Assembly: GCA_028717245.1 (NCBI GenBank)
Contig: JAQUOD010000002.1
Coordinates: 12,772 to 76,771 of the forward strand
Direction: 5' to 3'
Origin: Candidatus Omnitrophota bacterium
Lineage (GTDB): Bacteria > Omnitrophota > Gorgyraeia > Gygaellales > Profunditerraquicolaceae
Length of the DNA: 64,000 bases
In this document: positions 29,291-42,300 of the stretch, in pieces
How positions within the stretch are numbered: position 1 is the first letter of the stretch
How the letters are laid out: each line of letters opens with the position of its first letter
Notes under the pieces: generated by a model
Database searches by the model: none
What the model was told of the DNA's origin: nothing
What the model saw: the letters and a program-made list of their open reading frames with translations, nothing else
Program-made: the position numbers and the translations under genes

Positions 29291-30300
29291 TTGAGTAACT
29301 GGCGAGAAAAAATCTGGTTAAAAATTGTTGCCCTGACCATTGCCGGAGTATTTTTATTTTCCGAAACCACCTGGGCAGCCAGAGCAGACTACCGCGTATC
29401 TATGCCTGAAACCGAGCAAACAAGCTACCCGCAAGTCCCCCAACCGAAATTGGGGGATTTTTTATTGAATATTTATCACGAAATAGCCTCTTTTATAGTC
29501 CCTTCAGCTCAAGCGGCTGAAATAGCGCCTTGCGGTGTAGATAAAGTAACTAAGAATATGCCTGTCTTAAATCCCAATTCTAATTGGCAAAAAGCCAATC
29601 AAACCGTAGTTTTATCAGAAAATAAGGCAATTGATACGGTTGATACAGTTGATACGGTTAAAAATAGCTTAATTGAAGAAACTGGAGATATGAGAGTAGC
29701 TGAAGCTGAGCAGAAGCCGCAAGGAGATGCGCCAGCGCCAACCCCAACGGTTAAGGATTCCGCGCTTCCTGCCCAAGCTCAGCCGCCTCAAGGTTCCGAG
29801 ACTCCCTCTGTCCCCGTAGATTACACTAAGATTAATAATACCAACGATCAAACCGGCTTTATTCCGATTAAACAAGCTCAATTACCTCAAGAAACCGCAG
29901 CGATTACTTTACATAGCAAGGATCCGCCTAAGATGAGCTTCAACTGCGCAGTCTCCGCACTCTCTCAACTCTTGTCAGATGTCAACTCCGCTATATTGGC
30001 TAAAAGCCTGGCCTTATATACTCAAGACGGCCAGACCTCTCTCTATGGAATCCAGCAAGTAGCCAAAGAATATGGTTTGGATCTTTACGCCAGCCAACTC
30101 TCCCTTACTGACCTCAAAAATCTAAATCAACCCGCAATTGCCCATTTAGACTTAGGAAATGGCCTTGGCCACTATGTAGTAGTGACCGGAATTGATGTTG
30201 AAGGCATTACCTATATAGATAACAGTATCACAAAAACCGTATCATTAACTGAATTCACTGCCCAATGGACAGGATATACGCTTACTACCGAGGCAGGTAT
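29291..30300. repeat. inverted duplication arm 2 (5' ~1 kb of giant plus-strand gene)
   Basis: see arm 1; encodes same TM + Pro-rich + C39-like module. Confidence 0.7.
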
Positions 30301-33300
30301 TGGCCAGGCCTTAAACGTTGAGCAGAGCTATAGCATAAAAGGGGCAGTGCCTTCTTTAAGCTATTTTGCCGCACCAGACGGTAATCTATATCAGAGAACC
30401 GGTGTGGGTGAAAATGGCCAGATGCAGAGCGTGCTCTATCATGGCAGCCAGACTTCTTCCTTTGGGTATAAAGGCACAAATTATCAAACCACCATCTCTG
30501 CCAATCAAGGCACAATCACTTATTCCGGCTATTTCCTGGGTGAAGATGGTAACCTGTATAAGATACCTGATAACAATTCCGGTCCAATCCAAGGCAACTT
30601 ATATGAAGGAACCCAGTCCCAGCCTTTTGACTATAAAGGGGCTACCTATCAAACCACCATTTCTGCTAACCAGGGCACCATCACCTACTCCGGTTATTTC
30701 AAAAGCGAAGACGGCAACCTCTATAAGATAACCGGCGCAGATGATGACGGCCAAATCCAGGGTTCCCTTTATGATGGCGAGCAGAATTCTTCCTTTGAAT
30801 ACAAAGGCACTACCTATCAAACCACTATCTCTGCTAACCAAGGCGTAATTATTTATTCCGGTTATTTTAAGGGCGAGGATGAAAACCTCTATAAGATTAC
30901 CGGCACCAGCGATGACGGCCAAATCCAGGGCACGCTCTACGACGGCAGCCAGATAGATTCCTTTGAATATAAAGGCGCTACCTATCAGACCATTATTTCT
31001 GCCAACCAAGGCGCAATTACCTACTCCGGATATTTCAAAGGCGAAGACGAGAATCTCTATAGGATAACCGGCGCAGATGAGGAGGGTAAGATTCAGGGCT
31101 CATTCTATGACGGATTTCGCGTTCTTGAGACCTATACTTATGCGGGGCAAAGCTACCAGATAGAAATGACTGCCACCCAAGGCCAGATTACTTATTCTGG
31201 TTTTTTTGTGGGCAGCGATGGCAACCTCTATCAGGTAACCGGCGCTGACGCCTCTACCGGCAATATCCAGGGCACTCTCTATACCCCTTCTACTGAATTG
31301 AATTGCGCGGTTCAGTCCTTAAGCGTGCTCCTGCCTGATATAGGCTCTGCTACTTTAACCCAGGAACTTCTTCCTTATACGGTTAATGGCCAGACGTCTA
31401 TGTACGGCATCCAGCAGGTCGCCAGCAAATACGGCTTAAACCTTTATGCGGTAGAATTCTCCTTAGAAGAAATCCTGCAATTAGGAGAAGGCGCCATTGC
31501 CCATTTAGTGGTGGGTAGCAATCAGGGCCACTGGGTGGCGATTTATCCAGAAAAAGGTATTTATATTGATAATGGCATAGAGAAATCCCTTGATGCTTCA
31601 GAATTTGCTACTCAATTTAGCGGATATATCCTAACCGTCCAATCGGATATTGGCCTGGCCTTAACAAATGAACAGATGCAGGGCATACAAGGGAGTGAAG
31701 TAGAACACTGGGATTTTAGTACGGATACGCCAGGTCCATATGAATTGGGTGGAGGAGCAGATGAGGGCGGCGTTGATATTACGATAAATGATGATGGCTC
31801 GGCTACTTATACCTATCCTGATGGTAGCTCAAGGGACGCCACATTTGATTCAGATGGTAATCTTACGAGCACTACTGATCATGACAGCGATGGCACTACC
31901 ATAATTAATGTTTATGGTGACGTAGATATTGGTATAGATGGAGACGAAGACGTAGACATTAATATAAACCAAGGGGGCAATGGATATATTGCTGTGGCCG
32001 GCGGCAATGTGGATATTACTATAAATGCCGGCGGCAATTTATCAAGTTTTACTATGACCGGCGGTAATGCAACTATTACTGCAAATGCAGAAGCTACAGG
32101 ATATATCGCAGGAGTAAGCGGCGGCACGCTCAATATCACAGATAACGGAGGGGACACGAGTGATATATATATAAATTCTGATGGTTATACCGGCGGTGTT
32201 ATAACTGTAGACGATAATCCAATTTCACTACCACCAGGCACACCACTATCCTATGAACCCGATTCAGATACTCCTGGGGTGGGTTCTTCTTCTGTAGCAG
32301 GTTATAATTGCGCAGTTTACGCCCTCTTGCAATTCCTCCCAGGTATAGGCCTTACAGCTTTAGCGCAAAAAATCAACGTAGAAAATTATAAATACCAAAT
32401 AGAGGCATTTAACAAAATTATAAGTAGTGAAATTTTCTTTGAAGTAATCATCAGAGTGGCTTCTGATTACGCTTTAGACTTAAACGCGGTTAAACTTACC
32501 TTAGAAGGGCTTCAGCAAATAGCAGAGCCGGCAATCGTCCATTTAGACTTAGGGAATGGCCAGGGCCATTATATAGTGGTTACCCAAACCGCAGATAACA
32601 CAATTACCTACATAGATAATGAGATCATCAAGACTGTATCAGAGGATGATTTTACGGCCCTCTGGACAGGATACGCCTTAATTACTCAACCAAATAATAT
32701 AGGAGAAGTTTTGGCCCTTCAGGAGATACTGAACATAAAAGGCGCTACGGTAACTATCGGAGGCCGTCGTGTTGGCGGCAGTAGTAGTAAAGGCAGCAGT
32801 AATTCAGGCGGCGGTAATACAACTGCTGGAGGCGGCAGCACTACTCAGCCCGCACAATCCCCTTCAATAGTCTCAGGCCCGCCAATGCCGCAAAGTTTAA
32901 AAGAATATCAAGATTTAAATAAAACTTTTCTCAATACCGACAAATATACTTATCAATATGACCGCAGCAAAGATATGCTAACCGTATACGACCATACAGA
33001 CCCCTCTAATGTTACAGCTATTATGGTTTATTATGATGCTACAGTTAGATCTGGGGATAAGCTCGTTGATGCTACTATTACCATAACAGTAGGTGGAGGA
33101 TCTCTTGTTGGCGGTGCCAAACCTACTTCTCCGGTTACGGTTATTGATGAGCCCGGTAAGGGTCCGTGGGTAGTTGATTTAACTGAAGTCTCTGATGGTT
33201 CACGGGTAACATATAATTTTATCGAAGGGACGACAACTACAATAACAGGTTCAGGAGGGCAAGATAATTCAACTATGGTTATAGATGATTGGAAAACAGG

Positions 33301-36300
33301 GCAAAAAACCACGCTTGACTATCAATGGAATCCTAGCCACGGGCAACAGCCTGTTAAGGCAACCGTAGTTAATGGCGGTACTACAATTGAGTACAATTAT
33401 AATATCTGGGGGCAGGTAGAGACGGTGCATACGGTAAATATAGATTCGTTGGGCCATATCGTTACTGATACAACACAGAACCCTAACGGCTTTTTCGTTT
33501 CCGAAGAGCCGCAAACTATTAACGGAATAACTTATAATGTCGCTTTAGATGACGATTACTATGGCCGTAACGCCGGGCAAGTCTTAGAATACAAAAATGA
33601 TAAGGGAGAGAAGTGCACCCAGATTTATGAGACGCTTTATATTGAGGGGAATATATTCACTGCTGTCCCTACTGAGTTTAGCGTAGTAGAGAACGGGATG
33701 TTGAAATATAGGGCAAATGCTACAGATTTTAGTGTGTATAAGGACGCAAGCGGAAATATAAATTTGAAGGTTGGGAAGAAAAACGTATGGGAGCATGTTT
33801 CTCCCTCCAACGACGGCTATCCTGGCTATCCTATTGTATATACTACTGATGCGCAAAATAAAATATTATCCATTGATATGGTTTTTGGGAGTAAGCCCGA
33901 GTTTACCAAAGTTGGCGCACAAGATATCTATACCAGCACAAACGGCTATGTGGTTGTAGAAAATGGTGAAATAAAAGACATAAATATTCTTAAACAAGTT
34001 GCGCAGCCTCAAAAAGATAATGGTGAGGTTTCAGCACCCAGCGTTAACCTCTCAGGCGAGCCGTATTCTGCTCAATGCTTTAGTGATTTTATCGGTGCTG
34101 GAATTTCCGATAAGAAATCTACGCCCACACCAACGCCTTCTCCAACGCCAACACCGACAGCTACACCGGCTCCGGCCCTATCTCCGACTCCAACTATAAC
34201 AGGTGGCGCATCTTCGCCTTCACCTCTTCAGCTAGTTATCGATACTTTTGCAGAAATAATCACTTTGGGAGGAGCTCAGACTCAAACCTATAATAGCAAC
34301 TGCGCGGCAAATGCTTTGAGCGTTGTCTTACCGGAAATAAACCCTTCCCTAAACGGAATAGATACTTATACCCTCTACAACCAACTCACTCCTTACACAG
34401 ACCAGCATAAGCAAACCTCTGAATACGGAATCCAGCAGATAGCTGCTAGCTATGGCGTAAAGCTTGATGCCACCAAAATAGATTATAATGGGCTAAGAAA
34501 TCTGGGGACACCTGCTGTAGCCCACCTTCAGCTTGATGAGGGTCAGGGACATTGGGTTGCGGTTAACCCTGAAAATGGTGTTTACACAGATAACGGCGCG
34601 ATTAATCCTTTAAATTCAGCAGAATTTAGCGAACATTTTGACGGTATTATTTTAGCCTCTACGCCTACCCGAGGCCCTCCGGTGAGTGTTGAAGAAACCC
34701 AAAACATAATGGGTGGTTTTGATTTTGGCAATGTGTTTTCTGGAGTTATTGGTGGAGTTTCCGGAGCAATAGGAGGCTTGATTTCCGGGTATGGCAATGG
34801 AGGAATTACTGGGGCAATTAATGGTGCAATTACCGGATGGCAAGCAGGATATAACGCAGGCAGTTCTACCGGAGTTTTTCAAGCCCCCAGCGCAGGATAT
34901 ACTGCAGGGCAACAATCTACAAACAGCCAACCTGTAACTAATTCAGCTACAATTCCAACTACAATAAATAATGGTTCATCCGGTGGCGTCGGTAGTTTAG
35001 GTTCTCTTCCGATTTTCCTCGCTATTGGTGCGCCTCTAACCATTCCTGCAAATAATCCCCCTCCCGCTGGCGCAGGAACTGGATTTTTAGATGACCCATT
35101 AGGTTGGTTGAATGACAATGCGCTTCAACCAGTGGGTAATTTCCTTACCAGAATCTTTGAACGGCAAGGGGAAGCTATGCTCGTTGAGGCCGAAGCGCAA
35201 ATGGCCGCAGGAAAGGCTATAGGTAATGCTATAGGTGATTACTTCGCTTCGGTGCAAAAATATGAATTGATGCAGCAAGAAAACGAAATATTGATGGCTG
35301 GGTTGATTGCAGACGTATTCACTCCGGATAAAGATTTTGATAAGATTGGGGCTGCGCAGGCGGCTCTAAGCGATGCTGATAAACTCATACAGGAGCACAT
35401 AGAAAATAACGGATATTTTAATACTTATGGAGACTTAGGAAAATATCTTTCAGATTTTATGGCTGACCGCGGTATCCCTGCTAATACCCAAGGGCCGCAG
35501 GACCAATCTGCAGCGCAGAAAGCTCTTGTTGATGCCTTGATAAATAAAGGCGTGGTCGATTTGGAAGAAATAGCAGGAATATCAACCACAGATATAAATA
35601 AATTATCCAAAAAGGACAGGGATACAATAATTGCTTGGGTCGGGGAAAAAGATAGTGAGATTGAAATAAGTAAAATAAATACTTGTTTGGAAGCCATAGG
35701 CATAGGTTTAGATAGTAATGGTAAATATGCGGTTACAGATACAGCTAAACTTCAAGATTCCCTGAGTTATCAAGGTGCGCAATACGTCACAAATTATTTT
35801 CCTTCATTTCTGACTCTCTTTTTGGAACCGACGGACACTGGTTTGGCTGCGCCTGCCAAGATATCCGGCGGAGAAGAAGCAAAAGCTAAATTGGCAGATT
35901 TACTGGGCGGGCTTAATTCCGATATTATAATGGATACAGCAGGTTTAAGCCTTAAAGAAAGAGAAACATACGGGCCTTTATTAAGTCAGTTAAAAGATAG
36001 CCCGGAAAATATTTCTATCAACTCTAAAGATTATATCACGCTTTTAGTTTTGGCGTGTAAATTTGTGGAGGGCGTAGAGGATAAAGCAGGAGTAAAGCCG
36101 GTTAACTCAATTTATACTAACCAGCCTGCGCCGTTGCCTGTGCCCGGGTCTCAGCCAGAGTTCGTCGGCCGAAATTCTTATAGCTGGGAAGTTATTGATA
36201 AAGATAAATTTGAGGCATTCAAAAAGGAAGTCGCTGAGGTTGAGGGATACGAATTCAAACGCAACTCTAACCTCATTAGCTCTTTACCCGAAGATATCAA

Positions 36301-39300
36301 GAAGAGCCTGGGTTTAACCAATGATGAAGGCAGACTTAATATTTTATCTTTTTCCTTAGACCCAGATGGGGCAACTGCTAAAATAAAACAGGCCTTATCT
36401 AAATATTCCGAATATTTTGGTATTAAGGTAGATAATATTGCCGCGCTTGACCTTTCCAGCCTTTACCCGCAATTAAAGGAGGTCAATGATAAGCTTGAGC
36501 TTTATTTAGGACCAACTAGGAAGGACGATGGAACATATATTTATGATTCGGATTCGGCTAAATTAGAAGATTTCCGCGATGTTATTGCCGGTAACCAAGA
36601 AATTAACCGCAGCCTTAGGCTGATTAGCTTTTTATCTGGAGAGGAACCCAAAGGTAATCTTTTAACATTAGCTTTAGACCCGGCAGAGGTAAGCCCCGAG
36701 ATAAAGCAGGCCTTAATTAAATATTTTGGTATTAATGTAGATAATATTGCTGCTGCTGATATTTCCGGCCTTACCCAGAAATTAAAGGATGCCAATGATA
36801 AGCTGGAGCTCTATTCGGGAACAACCATGCAGGCGGATAAAACATATATTTATGATTCGGCTAAATTAGAAGATTTCCGCAATGTTATTGCAGCAAGAGA
36901 AGAAATCAAGCGCACATACAGCCTTATTAACTCTTTATCCGAAGATAAAGATAGCCTTTTGTCCTCAGAGGGTTTAAACCCAGTGGGGGTAACTGCTGAA
37001 GCAAGGCAGCTTTTAGCCAAATACGGTTTTAATAATGTCAGTAATATTGCTGTTGTTGACTTAGCCGATTTAGCCTTAGACCCGGCAGAGGTAACTGCCG
37101 AAATAAAACAGGCTTTAGCCAAGCAGAACATTAATGTAGATAATATTGTTGCGCTTGACCTGCCCAGCCTTACCCGGCAATTAAAGGAAGCCAATGATAA
37201 GTTTGAGACTGATTTAGGGGCAATCAGGCAGGATGATGGGGCATATGTCTTTGATCAGATTAAATTAGAGGATTTTAGGGCGAATTATGAGACTGAAAAA
37301 TGGGCAGAAACCGTAGAATGCATTCAGAAGGCCTCGGTATTATCCACCGCTGTTGGGGTAGCCCTCTTTGAATTTAATGCCGCCAACTATGGCAATGGAA
37401 AGGAAGGCGTATACGAGGCCTATCAGAAAGTTTCTTTATTATCCACCGCTGTTCGGGTAGCCCTCTTTGAATTTAATGCCGCCAACTATGGCAATGGAAA
37501 GGAAGGCGTATACGAGGCCTATCAGAAGGCTTCGGTATTATCCACCGTTGCTCAGGCAGCAGTATCTTTCACGACAGCAGGCCAGCTGATTACTTTTTCT
37601 CAGATACTTGAGCCCCTGGCAACCACGGCTTTTAGAGAAACAACAAGGAAAGCCGTTGAGGATTTTGAGGCAGTAAAACTTTATAGCCAGGCAGTGCAAA
37701 ACGCTTTTATAAGCCAAAGAGGTAGCTTTAGTTATGCCTGGGAGAATTTGAAGTATGTTTTGGCAGGAGCAAACCCAGTAGTAGTTGTGGCGGCTGCCGT
37801 GGCTTTTGTTGCGATAGCAGTAGTACTACATGTTACAGTGCCTTTATTGATTACAGCTGGTTTAACCGGAGCTGGCGCAGGGGCATTTATTTGGAATGAA
37901 CGGGGTCCTGCAAAGAATTGGTCTCTACTGGAACGGATAGGTGCCACCATTGGTGCTGCTGCATTGGTACCTCTAATGGCATTGACTTCTGTGTCTGTGG
38001 CCCCCGCCGCTGCAGCCGCAGCAACTAACATCGCACCTCTTACAACAGCGTTAATGTTAATAAATTCTGGCCTGCAAGTTGCAGCTTGGGGTATACCCAT
38101 AAGATTTGCGATAGCGGCTGCGGAAGGAAGAGAGATAACCTTTGGGGGGTTTGTTAAAGATTTAGGTATAGATTTTGTGATTGGAGTTGCCTTTTTTGGG
38201 GTGCAGAGAATTTTAGGCCTTTTATCTGCTAATTTAAGTTCTACAAGTTGGATAGTACGTTTATTAAAGGTCTTATTTTACCCTACGGGAATCAAAGAGA
38301 TTGCTTTGTCGAGCGTAGCCAGGGGATTGATTGGCGCTGGAGCAGCATATATGTTCTCTCCTATACTCGGAGAAGGCGATTTATGGTCAATAGAGAATCT
38401 TGAGGCTTTTGGTTATACTTTTGCCTTTCTTGCGTTGGCTAATTTTGCTATCTTAGGGATTGACGGTTTATTAGTAGCTAAGGGTTGGGGCGCGCTGCCG
38501 CTTAGAGCTGGTTTACATATCGGCCTTGCCTATGCCAATTTTACTTTTGTCATAAATTCAGCCCAGCACAGCGGGGGTTATACATATGCCCTCGGAGACA
38601 AACTTGCTTTTTATGGTTCACAGTTTGGATGGGGATTTTTAGCCGGTTTTATTGGGGTTTCCATAGCTTCTTTAATAGGGGTAGAGAAGGTAGTCAGGTT
38701 TCTTAAGTCTGCGTTCATCGGCAAGGGGAGATTTTTTACTTGGCCGCTTCTTGGCGAAGGAATAAGCCTTGGCGCAAGTAAGGTGCTTAATCGCGAATGG
38801 AAACCTGGATGGGGAGTTTTAGCAGGATTAGGATTAGTTTTATTAAAGCCGGTGGTTTTCTTATCTCCCGCCACATCCGCCTCTACGCTTATTAAGGTGG
38901 CGAGGTGGTTCTTAGTGGGTGGGGGTAGATTTCTTACTTGGCCGGTTATCAGCGTATTCATCAATAATGCCTTTCTTGGCGGCGACCCAATATTAGCTGG
39001 TTTAATCGGGCTTAATTTGGCTTTCTTGCCGTCATTGGGTAGTAAGGGGTTGCTAAGCTTAAGGCCTGCGGGTTGGATGGCGGCTGTGCGTTCAATTGCC
39101 GGTTGGGCATTTCTGGGAGGAATTAATCGCCTTACATTTAACTATTACTGGGATTTGAATTGGGGCGCTCAGAAAGGCGGTTGGGATGGGTTCTGGGGAT
39201 ATGTCTGGCAAAGAGGCGGTTCTCAGGCATTTATTGAAGGGGCTTATCAGCTCGCAATAGCGCGGCTGGCAATTTTGATAGGCCGCTCCTTATACCCCAA

Positions 39301-42300
39301 GAGCCCTTCTTCTTTTTCTCTGGGATATTTTCTCACCCAAAGCTTACTGGTTATTGGGCCAGCAGTATTTATTCTGGCAGAATTTGTCTGCCTTCCTCTT
39401 TACCCTCCCTTAGCTATGTTAAAGATATCGGGCAACATAGCCAGGACTGAAAAGTTAAAAGGGGATACACTAAACGATATAGAAAAGAAAGAGGCTGAAA
39501 TAAAAGGAACAGGCATAAGCGATGATGAGTTGAAGGCAATGAAGTTAGGGCTCGCTGAAATCGAGATTGGACTTAACGACCTCAAGAACGTTGATTTAAA
39601 GAACTTTAACGATTTAATGAGCCAAAAGTATCTTGATTATTTACGGCCAGATGCTTGGGATATACTGCGTTACCCGGCTATAGGCCTTGCCTTAAATTTC
39701 ACTTGGTTATTAGTGAAGGCCTTGGGTAAGGCTGCAGGAAGCAAGGTATTTGAGGCCAAGGGTTTGGGGGAGGGTTTAAAAATTGGGGCAGAAGAGTCGT
39801 TACTAAAATTGAGAGCTTTAGTGGGAATTGCGGAAGTAGATCCAGAGACTTTAGCGAAACTCACGGAAGTAGGGCGGCTTATTACACAAGTTAAAACAGC
39901 CAGCTCCTTATACCAATTAATGTTTTGGATTCCTTTTGTCCGGCCGGGAATTGAGATAGCCTCGCATGGTTTTAATCTATTTTTTAAATCTGAATTTGGC
40001 CAGGCATGCTTAGGAAAAGGATTAACAGAATTCTTAATAGATACGTTGGGAGAATTTGACCCGGCAAACATAGCTACAGGAAGAAGCCCCCTTACAAATC
40101 AACTTATGCCTGGTATTAATGGTTGGGATGCGTTGTGGAGCGAGGGTATATCTATGGGGGCAAGGGCCCTGGTGAGAGAGGCATTTGCTGATCCTTGGGG
40201 TTCGTTTTACGGCGTATTCTTCTTTATCGGCGGGCCTATGTTAGAGAAGGCCTTAACAAACCTAAAGTTTGCTGATATAGGCAAACAGGTTTATACATTT
40301 GGTAATGTTGCTAAGGGTGTGGAGAATATATTTGGAAAAGACTCTGCTATAACGCGCTATTTTATGGCCCCTGTGGCAGAAGAATGTGTCTTTGAACAAT
40401 TAATATCTCCCTTGACAGGCGCTTTAGCGCTTCCTGTTCTTGTTATTTTTGGCCCTGAGGCTTATATGTGGTTCAAAGAAGGACTTGAGGAGATTGTTTT
40501 TCCAGACGGCAACGTGAGCGGGGTAAATGTTGACAGCGCTTCAATTCTTTATGACCATTTAGGAAGAAGAGTAGGAGAAGATATAGATTCTCGTGGGAAT
40601 CCTATTAAGCAGTCCAGAGTTCTTTATGGCCCCGATGGAAGAATCTTGATCGCTGGGACAGAAGGAGTAAAAGCTCCTTCAGGAAGCGCAAGAGCAATTC
40701 CTGAACCGAGCAAGCCAAGGATTACAGTAAATAGTGCAGGAATAAACAACATAGAAATACCAATTTCCGGAAATGGATACAATCCTTCTGTAATAATAGA
40801 GGATCCTTTGAATCCGTCTTCAGTAATAGTGATTCCTGTTAATATGTTAAGAGCGAATGGTATTGGTACAAGCATAATTCCAGATGGCCCTCCACAACGT
40901 ATCCTGTTACCTCTGCTTGATTATGAGCGGTTTCGTAAGGTGATAGAATCAAGAGAGGCGGAGGAAGTAAATTCTTCGCCCGAGGTATTTGAGTTAGGTT
41001 CCAAATATAATCCAGCCACCAAAGTCCTTGAGCCAGTCCTCATCCCAGTAGAAACAATTCTTTCTGCAGTCCCCTCCCAAAATAGCGAACTAAAACCGAC
41101 CGGTATATTTCTTAATAATGGAAATAAAGAAGGGCCTATTGCCGTAAGAGAAGGCAGTAATGTCGCGCTAAAATCAGATAAATATCTGATTGTCTTTAAT
41201 GAGGTAAGGCCTTCCGGAACAGCCCAAGTCCAGGAAGCAAAAGGATTAATTGGGCAAATCGAGGGAATCATTCGGCGTAACAATGGCGAGCTTGATATTG
41301 ATAAATGGAAAGATCAGCAAACAGCGATAAAAGCACTTTTGAATGAGCGCATAGTTGCCTTAAGGAATGCCGGAGGCAAGACCTTGATTACCGTGGTAGT
41401 TGGTGCTGAGTTAGCAAGAAATGGAAAATACCCAACTATTTTTGTTCTTAATGGCGATGCAACTGTTCCATACACAGAAGGAGGGCCCGCTAACGTAATA
41501 AATGTAGTTTATAAAGATGTTGCCAAAGAACTGGGAGCAACTGATATGGTTAATCTGGATTCTCTAATACAAGCTTATGAAAAGGCGATAAAGGATAATG
41601 ATCCAGCAGGAGCTAAATCCATCGCGGAGCAAATAGAAAGAGCGCTTAGAGACCCTAAAACAATCGTTGTTGTTTCCATAGATGCACGCGGGCATTTACC
41701 TAATAAATTTGATTGGCATAAAGGAATACGGGAAGCCTTAGAATTGAGAAAGGAAGGCTGGAGAATTCTCGATGAGGTAGATGATCTTTTACTCAGAGAG
41801 AACCAATACATTATTTCTCAGGATAGCCTTGTAAAGGATAGCCATATTCTAAGAGACATAGCAAGTAAATCAGAAGAGCTTTTTAAAGATATAAATCTTC
41901 AGGGTGACGAAACAGGCTTGACAGGTAAAGGCCCGCTCATAAGAAAAGCCAAGAGCCAGAGGGAATTTGAGTCTTTAGCAAGGCAAGGCGAAATGGTTTA
42001 CTATCGAGGCCAACCCAGAGGCAACAGCGTTATTGCCGGAGAAGATTTTCTCCTTAGTTGGCCTGTATTCGCACATTATATAGAACAAGGATATGTGCCG
42101 AATTTAGTCTACGATGTTGCCAAGGGAAAGGTTCATGAAATTGGGAGCCTCTCAGGCTTAACCCCTGATAGGGGCAAGGGTGAAATGGTGCCTACGTTTA
42201 AAGGCGGAGAAGCCCAGCCTGATATGCTGTCAGAAAGCCTTGCTTATAAGGTTGCCCAGACACTGAAATATAATTTAACAATAGGTAAAGATAGCCCCTT

